From NCBI GenBank assembly GCA_964583905.1, contig CAZOYJ010000003.1, positions 1 to 44,954 on the forward strand: 44,954 nt of DNA. Direction: 5' to 3'. The notes under the pieces are model-generated. The model worked only from the letters and a program-made list of their open reading frames with translations, searched no databases and was not told the origin of the DNA. Shown here piece after piece: positions 34,693 through 44,126 of the stretch. The position numbers and the translations under genes are program-made. The first letter of the stretch is position 1; every line of letters begins with the position of its first letter. This DNA is from an uncultured Roseivirgaceae bacterium (lineage in GTDB: Bacteria; Bacteroidota; Bacteroidia; Cytophagales; Cyclobacteriaceae).

Positions 34693-37506
34693 TTACCGGT
34701 AACAAATCCGCGTATACGGACAATACTCACAATTTTTAATTTGTGTGGTCTGATCAAACGGTTGTTCCGGGTTAAATAACTCTTCCAGCAATTCGCGTAA
34801 CCGCGCTTCAAACTCAGGCAAGTGGGGCCGCACATCGGTTAAGAGTTGGTTGTTCATCTTCAAGCCAAACTCCTTTTCGTCATCAAAAATGATATTGCTG
34901 TTCAGCAACCCGGGAAGGATGGGGCCGGCCGGTGGGGAAAAGCATTTGGTGTACAACCACGCATACAGCAGCGTTTGAAAAGCTGCCTTGTTTCGTTTCT
35001 TTCCATCGCGGACAAAGAGCGACTCAATGCTGTCAAAGTTTAGTTCATCTCTTCCGGTTTTGTAATCTACTATCCGGAGAACGCCATCCTTAAAATCAAT
35101 CCGGTCAATTTTTCCACCCAACACCACTTCGCCCGGTTGCCCGGTAATGGGGAGTGTGTATTCCACTTTCGCCTCCACGCCTTCCATCACAAAAGGAGCC
35201 TGCTTCCGGTCGCGTTCAAGGATTTTGGAAATAAACCGCTTTACTACTTCGCTGACAATCAGCAATTGGCCTTCGTATTCAACCGGCTTATCCGGATCAA
35301 GACGGTATTCCTGAATTATTCGTTTATTCAGCAATTCGGCAATTTTACTTTCCGGGTTAACCAGGTCAGCTGCATCAACCTGCTTACTTTTTTTTCTTTC
35401 GGCCAACTCCTTATAAAAGGTGTCCATTACATCGTGCAGAAAATTTCCGAGCACGCGTGCATCCATGTCTTCTTCCACTTCATCGGCCTCTTTGATTTTC
35501 ATCACATGTTTAAAGAAAAATCGTAACCGGCACTCCATGTAGGCATTCAATGCCGATGGGGATATTCCTTTAAAATAACGGTTGCCGGCATTGAGTTTAG
35601 CCAATGATTCAACTACTTGTTTATCTTTTTGAATGACGATCGGCTCGACCGGATTGATCTGAATGGGATTGTGCAGGGTTTTGGATTCGATGGCTACCCC
35701 GCTTTCATACAAGAGTTGCTGCAGGAAACGGCTCATCTCGCCCTGGCCAAGAATATCGGTTTCGGTGTTGTAGAAGAGATAAACATTTTCTGCGCGTTGC
35801 ATCACCCGGTAAAACAAATACGCATACATGGCATCCTGGTGTTCAACGGTTGGCAACCTGTAAGCCTTGCGGATGTTGTACGGAATGTATGATCCTTTAC
35901 CTCCGCCCGGAGGGAGTGAACCCTCATTCAGCGAAAGCAGGTACACATTTTTGAAATCGAGGTTACGGGTTTCGAGCATCCCCATTACCTGCAATCCTTG
36001 CAGTGGTTCACCACTAAAAGGGATTTTCTGCGAACGAATGTGTTGCCGGAAGAAGCGAAGAAACGAAGCCAGGTCGGTATAGGCATTGCCGAGCACCTCA
36101 CCAATCCGGTTTACCGCTTTCAGAAAATGATACGCATACTCCCGGTCAAATTCCGCCAGTACAGGCAAGGAGCCGATGCAAGTAATAATCGCCTGCAGGT
36201 ACTCAACAATATTCGAAGCTTCAGCTTCGGTAAACATGAGCCGGTGAAGTTCCGTGCCATTGGCCAGAAAATTTTTGGGGATGAAAACCCAGTTATGATT
36301 CAGAATTTCTTTTCGCTTGGCATTCGCCACAGAAGGCTCGGCTGCAAAGCCATACGGATGATTCAGCAATGCCAGCACCGGCCGGTGGTTGAAGTGATCC
36401 TGCTTGCGTGAAATCTGCAATTCGATTAACGTTTCCACCAGGTTAAACAGAGGTGTGCTGCCCAACGGAAAGCCCATGGTGATGTTGAGCTTTTCTACCG
36501 TATCCGAAACGCCATGCAATACCGGAAGCATCAATTTTTCATCGGGCAGCACAATCAGTGTTTCTTCGGGAATAGCGCCTGCCGCCAGGTGCTCTTCCAA
36601 TACCTGCGCCATCAGCTTAGCCTGACCAACGGGTTGGGCAGCGCCATACACTTTAAATAGTTTAGCTGTGCGGAAATTAGCCGGTACGGTGCGATCGAAC
36701 GTTTTGCCCAAACGGGTATGTTCCTGGTATTCGCGAAAAAACGCACCTGCTTCCTGGTCATCGTTGTTCACGTAATATTCATCAAGGTCCCAATGCACGT
36801 CAGCGCCTTGATCGACAAAATGCGAAAGGATCAGCTCTTCGGCTTTTGTGAGGGCATTGAAGCCAATAAACCGGATGGCGGATGCCTGAAATTTATTTCT
36901 ACTTTCTTCATGTAAACCCGTTGCCACTTCGCGGTGAAGCATGCCTTCATAGGCAAGGCCATCACTGCGCAACTGTTCACGATAGGTTTGGTACACCACG
37001 CCCAGATGCTGCCATACTTCCAGAAATTTCTGTTTGTGTTCGCTGGTGCGCTCCTCAAAGTGCCCCCAGAAATCGAGCAGGAATTTACGCTGCTCGTCAT
37101 CGAGGTAATCGAAGCTGGCATCAAGTTCTTTCTGGTGGCTCAGGTCTTTGAACAGCATTTCGGCATTTACCAGGTACTTGTCCACTTCATCAAAATCGCG
37201 TAACAGCATCTCACCCCAGAAATAAAATTTATCAAAGGCTTCCTGAGTCGGTACCGTTTGGGTGTAGGCCTTGTACAGCCGGTAAACCAATTCCAGCTTA
37301 TCAGGAACCTGCCACGGAGAAAAACCGGCAATAAACTCTTCAATCGTTAGCAGGTTGGGTGCAAAGGCCGGCTTGCGCAGCAACGAACTGAGGTGCTTGC
37401 GGAAATACAAAATAGCCCTTCGGTTTGGGAAAACCAGGGTAACGTTCTCCAAAGCCGGATGCGCTGTATAAATTTTCTGGGCGATATCGTAGAGGAATGG
37501 ATTCAA
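34693..37506 (-). CDS. AddB-like PD-(D/E)XK nuclease subunit with a C-terminal iron-staple Cys cluster
   Basis: 937 aa. The C-terminal nuclease region has YMECRLRFFF, G.IDRID...IVDYKTG and a terminal C-x2-C-x5-C (NCEYCPYTRIC). It lies immediately downstream of the helicase gene with a 2-nt gap. Confidence 0.8.
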   Translation of the reverse strand: MNPFLYDIAQKIYTAHPALENVTLVFPNRRAILYFRKHLSSLLRKPAFAPNLLTIEEFIAGFSPWQVPDKLELVYRLYKAYTQTVPTQEAFDKFYFWGEMLLRDFDEVDKYLVNAEMLFKDLSHQKELDASFDYLDDEQRKFLLDFWGHFEERTSEHKQKFLEVWQHLGVVYQTYREQLRSDGLAYEGMLHREVATGLHEESRNKFQASAIRFIGFNALTKAEELILSHFVDQGADVHWDLDEYYVNNDDQEAGAFFREYQEHTRLGKTFDRTVPANFRTAKLFKVYGAAQPVGQAKLMAQVLEEHLAAGAIPEETLIVLPDEKLMLPVLHGVSDTVEKLNITMGFPLGSTPLFNLVETLIELQISRKQDHFNHRPVLALLNHPYGFAAEPSVANAKRKEILNHNWVFIPKNFLANGTELHRLMFTEAEASNIVEYLQAIITCIGSLPVLAEFDREYAYHFLKAVNRIGEVLGNAYTDLASFLRFFRQHIRSQKIPFSGEPLQGLQVMGMLETRNLDFKNVYLLSLNEGSLPPGGGKGSYIPYNIRKAYRLPTVEHQDAMYAYLFYRVMQRAENVYLFYNTETDILGQGEMSRFLQQLLYESGVAIESKTLHNPIQINPVEPIVIQKDKQVVESLAKLNAGNRYFKGISPSALNAYMECRLRFFFKHVMKIKEADEVEEDMDARVLGNFLHDVMDTFYKELAERKKSKQVDAADLVNPESKIAELLNKRIIQEYRLDPDKPVEYEGQLLIVSEVVKRFISKILERDRKQAPFVMEGVEAKVEYTLPITGQPGEVVLGGKIDRIDFKDGVLRIVDYKTGRDELNFDSIESLFVRDGKKRNKAAFQTLLYAWLYTKCFSPPAGPILPGLLNSNIIFDDEKEFGLKMNNQLLTDVRPHLPEFEARLRELLEELFNPEQPFDQTTQIKNCEYCPYTRICYR

Positions 37507-37508
37507 GG

Positions 37509-40500
37509 TTACAGCTCCAGGTTTAATTGATTATCGTCTTTCTTCTTTATGGTTTTTGCCTTTCCGGATTTTACTTCTATCACTTCACCGGTACGGATGT
37601 ACAAAATGTACCCTTCCACCTGTGTAAAATTCATCCTGGATAAAACTTCCATGTAGGCGGCTACCTGCTTCTGATCGGCTTTTGAAGACTGACCTGTTTT
37701 AAAATCAATTACCAAAGCGTGTTGATCTTTTGTCAGCAGGCGGTCGATGCGGCTTTCTTCGCCTCCGGGCAGTAAAATCGGCACTTCAGTTCGTACGTGC
37801 CAATCGCGGCTGAACCACGAAGCAATCATCGGGTTGTTTAGTAATTCTTCCAGTTGTTGCCGTACAGCTTGCCGGTGGCTCGACAACAAAATGCCTTCAC
37901 CTGTAACCTCACTGAATGCCTGCTCCAGTTCATCGGCATACCGAATGCGGGAGAGCAGGGCATGAACCTGGATGCCGTATTTAACTTTTTCCTGTTGCTC
38001 ACCGGCTTCCCCGAAAAAAGTTTTACCCGCCTGACGGATCACCAGCTTATCGCGCCAGCGCGCGGTTGGGTATTGCTTCAGTTCAATGGTTTGGTTCACA
38101 TCACCGCTGTCCTCCTTCGGTACAGTAAGTGTTCCGAGTTTAAGTTGCTGATCCGTTTCGCTCCACCACTTCAACAGCGATTCATTTTGCTGAATGCCTG
38201 CATGCACGAGGCTGCCAACCGTGTTTTTTTTATGAGGCGCCATTACCCATAAGCCCAATTCGGCCCGCGTAAAGGCCACATACAATAGGTTAAGGTTGTC
38301 GAGGAATGCCTGCACGCGCTCCTGCTCATAAGCTTCTTTGAAATAGGTGTGCTCCAATGCGCTTCCATACTTCACCGGAAAAAAACCGGCTTCTTTAAAA
38401 ACACCCCGATCGGTAGTAACCCAAAGTTGCGGACCCATGCTGGCGCCATGATCAAGCTCCCATGAACAAAACGGAATAATAACGTATTTGAATTGCAAGC
38501 CTTTTGCTTTATGGATCGTGATAATCTGTGCGGCATCAATTTCACCCGAGGTTTTCAATGAGGTTTTGTCGGTGTCCTTATTTTCATCCCACCATTCGAG
38601 AAAGGCCTGCAAGTCGTTACGTTCACGCGAATAAAAATTCAACACCAGGTCCTGGAAAGCCTGCAGGTAGGCCAGCTCTCCCGATTGACGGTTCAGGTTG
38701 AACATCCGGATCAGGGTTTCGGTCAGTTCGAAGAGCGGCAGCTTTTTGAGCGCATCTTTTTTCCGGAACGCAACCGGTAAAAAACTTTCAAAAATCGCTT
38801 GATTGGTAACCGCAAACACATCGGCCAGGGGCAGATCAACTCGTTGGATTCGCGCAAACTCATACGCCAACTCGGCCCGGGCAATGTTATCATCAGGATT
38901 ATGCAGGTACCGCAACGCACTGAGCAGTAAATTAACCGATGCGGCTCCATCCAACCGAAGCGATTCATTGGAGATCACATCATACCTGAAATTGTTTCTG
39001 CCCCGTACGGAATTCTTGTACTGCAACAGGTGAGCCACCAACTGCTGGCCTTCATCGTTTCTGCGCACCAGGATGGCGATGTCCTTTAATTTCACGCCTG
39101 CTGCCTGCAACTGCTCCAGGGTTTTAACCAACTGATCCTTTGCGAGGTCTCTCCAATTTAATTCCTCTTCAGCTTTTAAAAACTGTACCTGCACAAAGCC
39201 TTCCACAGCCTTATTCATGTGTTGCTGTACATCCTGATAGGCGTTGGCCGCCAGCACGTTTCCGGTTTCAGCGGCCACGAGTGTCGCAGCTGTGTTAAAC
39301 AATGCGTTGTTAAAATTAACCAGGTGTTCAGCGCTCCGGTAATTGGTGTCCAGTTCCTTTACCGCCACCTGGGCTTGGCCGATTTGCTTCTCAATCTGTT
39401 CCTGCAACAACTTCAGGTTACCGCCACGCCACCGGTAAATAGCCTGCTTGACATCCCCTACCACCAGGCTCCGGTTTCCGGAATCCAGGCTTTCGCGCAC
39501 CAGCGGATAAAAATTTTCCCATTGCATCCGTGACGTATCCTGAAATTCATCGATGAGGTAGTTCTTGTAGAATGATCCAACCTTCTCGTAGATAAATGGC
39601 GTATCGCTTTTTCCGATTACCCCATTCAAAAATTTCGGTGCATCCGAAAGCAGCATAAGGTTGTTGTCGGCCTTGTATTCTTTCAGCTTGCGCGAGATAT
39701 CCGAAAGGAGAACAAAGGCATAGAAATTTCTTAACACAACATCGGCCGATAGGGCATCGGAATAGGAGGTGTCATATATTTTCAGCAAGTCTTTCAGCAA
39801 GGGGATTAATTTTTCATCGGCCAGTTTAATTATTTCCGAAGGCCGGTTGGTTGCTTTCTTTGACGGCCAGTTTTTTGCCAAAGTGAAATGATTCCTTATC
39901 CTCGGGCTTGGTTTTTTATACTCTTTTAAGTTGTTCTCCAGGAACATGTTAAAAAATGTAAACAGTCCTGAATTATTTCCGTAGGATAATTCAGTCGGCT
40001 GCAGCTTATGCTCCTGAATTATCCGCAAGGCTTCGGTGGCCACCGGAACAACTTGTTTAACAAACGCATTTTTTTGCGCCCAAAGCTTTGCGCGGAATTC
40101 CTGAAAGGATTTGCGATCGGCCGTTGCATCCATTAAGGCGGTTTCAATTTCCTTAAACTCATCCCTGAAAATCTCTTTTGAAAAACTCATCAGTCCATGA
40201 CGGATATCCCAGGGTTTGTCGCTCTCCAGGTTGTGGGTGGCAAACTCCACCATCCAACGGGTTAATTCTTTATTGCTGCCCAACTCATCCATCAGTTCGT
40301 TGATCACTTCTTCCAACACGGCATCCTGTTCCACTTCCAGCCGGTAATCGCCCGATAACCCGGCTTCGCGGGTAAACGCACGAATTACTTTTTGAAAAAA
40401 GGCATCGATGGTGCTGATGGAAAATTGGGCATAATGGTGCAGGATGTAACTTCGTAAGGCATGGCAATTTTCGCGGAATACTGGCTCATCCTGATTCAAC

Positions 40501-40736
40501 TCCTGCATGAGTTCCCGGGCCAGCGCATCGTACTGGCCGGCACTAAAGCGGTTAAGGTATTGCAGGATGCGATCTTTCATTTCCTGCGTAGCCTTGTTGG
40601 TGAACGTTACGGCCAGGATGTGCTTGCAGTAATCCGCCCGGTGCCGGAGCGCCAGCTTAAGGTATTCCTTAGCCAGCGTACGGGTTTTGCCGCTGCCGGC
40701 CGAGCTCCGGTAAAGAATAAAGCTTTTTTCGGGCAT
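37509..40736 (-). CDS. AddA-like UvrD/Rep-family helicase-nuclease
   Basis: 1075 aa with Walker A AGSGKTRTL, motif II LIDEFQDTS, motif III VGDVKQAIYRWRGG and TIHKAKGLQF. The C-terminal PD-(D/E)XK region reads SRIDRLL...VIDFKTG. Confidence 0.85.
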   Translation of the reverse strand: MPEKSFILYRSSAGSGKTRTLAKEYLKLALRHRADYCKHILAVTFTNKATQEMKDRILQYLNRFSAGQYDALARELMQELNQDEPVFRENCHALRSYILHHYAQFSISTIDAFFQKVIRAFTREAGLSGDYRLEVEQDAVLEEVINELMDELGSNKELTRWMVEFATHNLESDKPWDIRHGLMSFSKEIFRDEFKEIETALMDATADRKSFQEFRAKLWAQKNAFVKQVVPVATEALRIIQEHKLQPTELSYGNNSGLFTFFNMFLENNLKEYKKPSPRIRNHFTLAKNWPSKKATNRPSEIIKLADEKLIPLLKDLLKIYDTSYSDALSADVVLRNFYAFVLLSDISRKLKEYKADNNLMLLSDAPKFLNGVIGKSDTPFIYEKVGSFYKNYLIDEFQDTSRMQWENFYPLVRESLDSGNRSLVVGDVKQAIYRWRGGNLKLLQEQIEKQIGQAQVAVKELDTNYRSAEHLVNFNNALFNTAATLVAAETGNVLAANAYQDVQQHMNKAVEGFVQVQFLKAEEELNWRDLAKDQLVKTLEQLQAAGVKLKDIAILVRRNDEGQQLVAHLLQYKNSVRGRNNFRYDVISNESLRLDGAASVNLLLSALRYLHNPDDNIARAELAYEFARIQRVDLPLADVFAVTNQAIFESFLPVAFRKKDALKKLPLFELTETLIRMFNLNRQSGELAYLQAFQDLVLNFYSRERNDLQAFLEWWDENKDTDKTSLKTSGEIDAAQIITIHKAKGLQFKYVIIPFCSWELDHGASMGPQLWVTTDRGVFKEAGFFPVKYGSALEHTYFKEAYEQERVQAFLDNLNLLYVAFTRAELGLWVMAPHKKNTVGSLVHAGIQQNESLLKWWSETDQQLKLGTLTVPKEDSGDVNQTIELKQYPTARWRDKLVIRQAGKTFFGEAGEQQEKVKYGIQVHALLSRIRYADELEQAFSEVTGEGILLSSHRQAVRQQLEELLNNPMIASWFSRDWHVRTEVPILLPGGEESRIDRLLTKDQHALVIDFKTGQSSKADQKQVAAYMEVLSRMNFTQVEGYILYIRTGEVIEVKSGKAKTIKKKDDNQLNLEL

Positions 40737-40835
40737 GGTTACAAATACGGGAATGCCGGCAAGAAAGGCAACCCCGATGACAACTCCTGACGATTTATTC
40801 CGAATGCAGAAAAAATCCTATCTTATTGGGTAATT

Positions 40836-43121
40836 ATGCAGCGTATTTTTTCATTACTTACCGGACTCGCCTACTTCTTCCCCGTACAGTTGTTGCTGAA
40901 CAACATCAGGCGAAACCATGTGCTGATTATTTGCTGGATACTGCTGTTCGCTATGATTACCGGAAACTTTGGCCAATACCTGGGTATACCGTATTTGTTT
41001 TTAGATCCTGAATATCAAAACCAGGTGAACTTTACCAGTTTCTTCATTTTAGGCGCTGTACTTGCGGGTTTTACAGTTGCGTTTCATATTACCTGTTACA
41101 TTACCGATGGGCATCGGTTTTCGTTTGTTGGCGCCTTGTCGCGACCGTTTACCCGGTTCGCGCTGAACAACAGCATTATCCCGTTTGCCTTCTTAATCAC
41201 GTATATCTTTTACATTCTCAGTTTTCAACTGGATAACCAGTTTACCTCGGGCCGTGAACTTACGTTGAACCTTACCGGCCTGCTGAGCGGCTACGTACTG
41301 ATGACACTGCTCTTTTTTGTTTATTTCTGGTTTACCAACAAAGACATCTTTAAATATGTGGTATGCCGGATTGACGAACAATTAAAGCAAAATGTGCAGG
41401 TAACGCGAGCCAGCGCCATGCGCAAACTTGACATCGCAAAAAAACGACAGGTGCGGGTAGACTTCTACCTGGACTATAATTTTAAAATCCATAAAGTAGA
41501 CGATAGCGGCTTTTACGATAAAAGCACCATTATTCAGGTGTTCGATCAGAATCACTTCAACCTGGTGGTCATTCAGGTCTTTATTGTTGCGTTGGTCGTG
41601 GTGCTGGGTATCTTTAAAGATTATCCGGCATTTCAGCTTCCGGCTGCCGCCAGTGCGGTTATCCTGATGACTATTTTTGTGATGATCTCCGGAGCTTTCA
41701 GTTATTGGTTTGGCGGCTGGTCGGCAACGATGGCCATTATCATCTTCCTGGTATTGAATTACCTGGCCGGTGAAGATTTCTTTTCAAAACGGTACGAAGC
41801 CTTTGGGTTAAACTACGAAGTGCCGCCTGCGGCATACTCGCATGAGAGCATTACCGCTTTGAACGACAGCGCAACCATTCAGAACGACCGGGCACAAACC
41901 CTGGTGATGCTGGAAAACTGGCGGAAGAAATTTCCAAAAAATGAAAATCCGAAGATGGTATTCTTATGTGCAAGCGGTGGCGGCAAACGTGCTTCGCTGT
42001 GGACGCTTACCGCACTGCAGGTTGCCGACAGCCTGACCGAAGGCCGGCTGATGGAAAAGAGCATCATGATCTCCGGGGCTTCTGGCGGGTTAATAGGCGC
42101 CAGCTTTTTTCGGGAACTAAAATTTCGGGAAAAATTGGGCGAGCCGGTAAACCCGTACGATCATGCGTATCGCGAAAGCCTCTCCACCGATAATCTTAAC
42201 CCGTTAATCTTCAGTTTACTCGCCAACGATTTATTTGTAGGCTTCAACACGTTTGAATATGCCGGCAATTCGTACCAACGCGATCGGGTGTATACGTTTG
42301 AGGTTCAACTGAACACCATTACCGAGCGCCTCATGGACAAACCGGTTACGGATTACTTCGAACCTGAACAACAGGCCATGATCCCCATGATGGTGCTGTC
42401 GCCTACCGTAATTAATGACGGACGCAAGTTGTACATTGCTGCCCAGCGGGTTTCCTACCTGAACTCCGCCATCATGGGCGACCCGGATTATAAAATGGGG
42501 AAAATTGCGGGCGTGGATTTCCAGGCGTTATTCAAAAATCAAGGTGCGGAGAACTTACGTTTTCTTTCCGCCTTGCGGATGAGCGCTACGTTTCCATACA
42601 TCACGCCCAATACTACCTTGCCTACCGATCCAGCCATCCAGATTATGGATGCCGGCATCTCCGACAATTTCGGAATCAGTGATGCCGTGCGCTTCCTCTA
42701 TTCTTTCAAAGAATGGATTGCCGATAATACTTCAGGTGTTGTGGTGGTCTCCATCCGCGATTCACCCAAACTCTGGAAAATTACCCAGCGGGAAAGTCAG
42801 ACGATACTGGATGCTTTCTCCCAACCCATCAGCACCGTGTATAATAATTTTGAAAATTTCCAGGACATTACTAATGATACCTACCTTGGGTTTGCCAAGA
42901 CCTGGTTCACCAAACCCATCGAACGAATTGACCTGCAATACCAGGTTGAATCGTACGCCCCCATCTTAAGCCAGATGGATAGTTTGCGCCAAAACAATGC
43001 ACGGGCTTCCTTAAGCTGGCGCCTGACGGCCCGCGAAAAGCAAGGCATCATGGACAATATCCATTCCTTCAACAACCTCGAGGAATTGCAAAAGCTAAAG
43101 GTGTTGCTGGAGAAAAAATAG
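40836..43121 (+). CDS. Patatin-like phospholipase fused to an N-terminal multi-pass membrane domain
   Basis: 761 aa. The first 330 aa or so contain about 7 hydrophobic helices. The catalytic domain has an oxyanion motif ASGGGKRAS, the nucleophile elbow GASGG and the catalytic Asp motif DAGISDNFG. Confidence 0.8.
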   Translation: MQRIFSLLTGLAYFFPVQLLLNNIRRNHVLIICWILLFAMITGNFGQYLGIPYLFLDPEYQNQVNFTSFFILGAVLAGFTVAFHITCYITDGHRFSFVGALSRPFTRFALNNSIIPFAFLITYIFYILSFQLDNQFTSGRELTLNLTGLLSGYVLMTLLFFVYFWFTNKDIFKYVVCRIDEQLKQNVQVTRASAMRKLDIAKKRQVRVDFYLDYNFKIHKVDDSGFYDKSTIIQVFDQNHFNLVVIQVFIVALVVVLGIFKDYPAFQLPAAASAVILMTIFVMISGAFSYWFGGWSATMAIIIFLVLNYLAGEDFFSKRYEAFGLNYEVPPAAYSHESITALNDSATIQNDRAQTLVMLENWRKKFPKNENPKMVFLCASGGGKRASLWTLTALQVADSLTEGRLMEKSIMISGASGGLIGASFFRELKFREKLGEPVNPYDHAYRESLSTDNLNPLIFSLLANDLFVGFNTFEYAGNSYQRDRVYTFEVQLNTITERLMDKPVTDYFEPEQQAMIPMMVLSPTVINDGRKLYIAAQRVSYLNSAIMGDPDYKMGKIAGVDFQALFKNQGAENLRFLSALRMSATFPYITPNTTLPTDPAIQIMDAGISDNFGISDAVRFLYSFKEWIADNTSGVVVVSIRDSPKLWKITQRESQTILDAFSQPISTVYNNFENFQDITNDTYLGFAKTWFTKPIERIDLQYQVESYAPILSQMDSLRQNNARASLSWRLTAREKQGIMDNIHSFNNLEELQKLKVLLEKK

Positions 43122-43181
43122 CCTCTCAGGCTAAAACCCTTTCGTATTTGACCCTAATTGTCATTTGTGTACTTTACGCGT

Positions 43182-44081
43182 ATGATTCCGCAGGCGAAAA
43201 TTTTACGGGTTTTTCAATTGATTGGGTTGTTAAAGGGGGGCGGACGCACCATCGATCAACTGGCGCAGCAACTGGATACCACCACCCGAACCATTTACCG
43301 GTACTTTAAATTATTGGAAGAAATCGGTTTTATTATTGACCAGGATTTTCACGGCCGGTATTTCATTCATCGCGAAGCCGATGAAGATCCCGAAAGCCGG
43401 TTTACCTTAGAAGAAGTCAGTATTCTTCGCCAGCTTATTCAAAGTGCAGCCAGCGGCCACCCGTTGCGCGGTGTGTTGTTGAAGAAACTTGCTTTTCATT
43501 CGGAAGCCAAAGACGTTCCTGAACAGTTTTTAAAACTGCGCGTAGCCAAAATGTTCCGCAAGCTTTCGGAAGCCGTGGAGGAAAAAAGCCAGGTGGTTTT
43601 GAAAAACTACCACTCGGCCAACAGCCAGGAAATTACCGACCGGTTGGTTGAACCGTTTCAATTTGGCGAGGGGTTTCAATCGGTGTTGGCGTTAGACACC
43701 AAAGACAAACAGTGTAAATATTTCAAACTGGAACGGATAGGCGATGTGGTTATGCTGAACAAGCCTTACAAGTTCAACAAGCTGCACAAAAAAACATCCA
43801 CCGATATTTTCGGCATTAGCGGACGAAAAGAAATGTGGGTGGTGTTGCGCTTGAGTTTACGGGCGTACGTGTTGCTGCGCGAAGAGTACCCGCTTTCACA
43901 ACCGTACCTGGAGAAAGAAGAAACCGAAGAAGGCAAAAGTTATGTCTTCAACGGACCCGTGCTGCACTTCAAAGGCGTTGGCCGGTTTGTGATGGGCCTG
44001 GCCGATGAGATCACCGTGTTAGGGCCGCCAGAGTTTAAAGTGTTTATCAAAGAGAAAATAAAGCAACAAAAGCTTATTTAA
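43182..44081 (+). CDS. HTH + WYL domain transcriptional regulator
   Basis: The ORF is trimmed to ATG 43182. The N-terminal wHTH reads ILRVFQLIGLL...TIDQLAQQLDTTTRTIYRYFKLLEEIGF. The central WYL-like beta domain reads VEPFQFGEGFQSVLALDTKDKQCKYFKLERIGDV. Confidence 0.75.
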   Translation: MIPQAKILRVFQLIGLLKGGGRTIDQLAQQLDTTTRTIYRYFKLLEEIGFIIDQDFHGRYFIHREADEDPESRFTLEEVSILRQLIQSAASGHPLRGVLLKKLAFHSEAKDVPEQFLKLRVAKMFRKLSEAVEEKSQVVLKNYHSANSQEITDRLVEPFQFGEGFQSVLALDTKDKQCKYFKLERIGDVVMLNKPYKFNKLHKKTSTDIFGISGRKEMWVVLRLSLRAYVLLREEYPLSQPYLEKEETEEGKSYVFNGPVLHFKGVGRFVMGLADEITVLGPPEFKVFIKEKIKQQKLI

Positions 44082-44126
44082 TGACGAATAAAGAATGACA
44101 AATTACGAATAGCTAATGTGTGCATT

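Noticed and set aside
34693-40736. The nuclease + UvrD-helicase pair as a phage-defence system (Hachiman- or Gabija-like).
   Set aside because: Sizes (937 and 1075 aa), the full SF1 motif set with a C-terminal RecB-type nuclease, and the AddB-type C-x2-C-x5-C iron staple all match the housekeeping AddAB recombination enzyme. There is no TOPRIM/ATPase or DUF1837-type partner.
44082-44126. Short repeated words (aatgac, acgaata) in the WYL/adaptor convergent spacer.
   Set aside because: There are only two copies of 6-7-mers in AT-rich DNA, with no stem or array structure.
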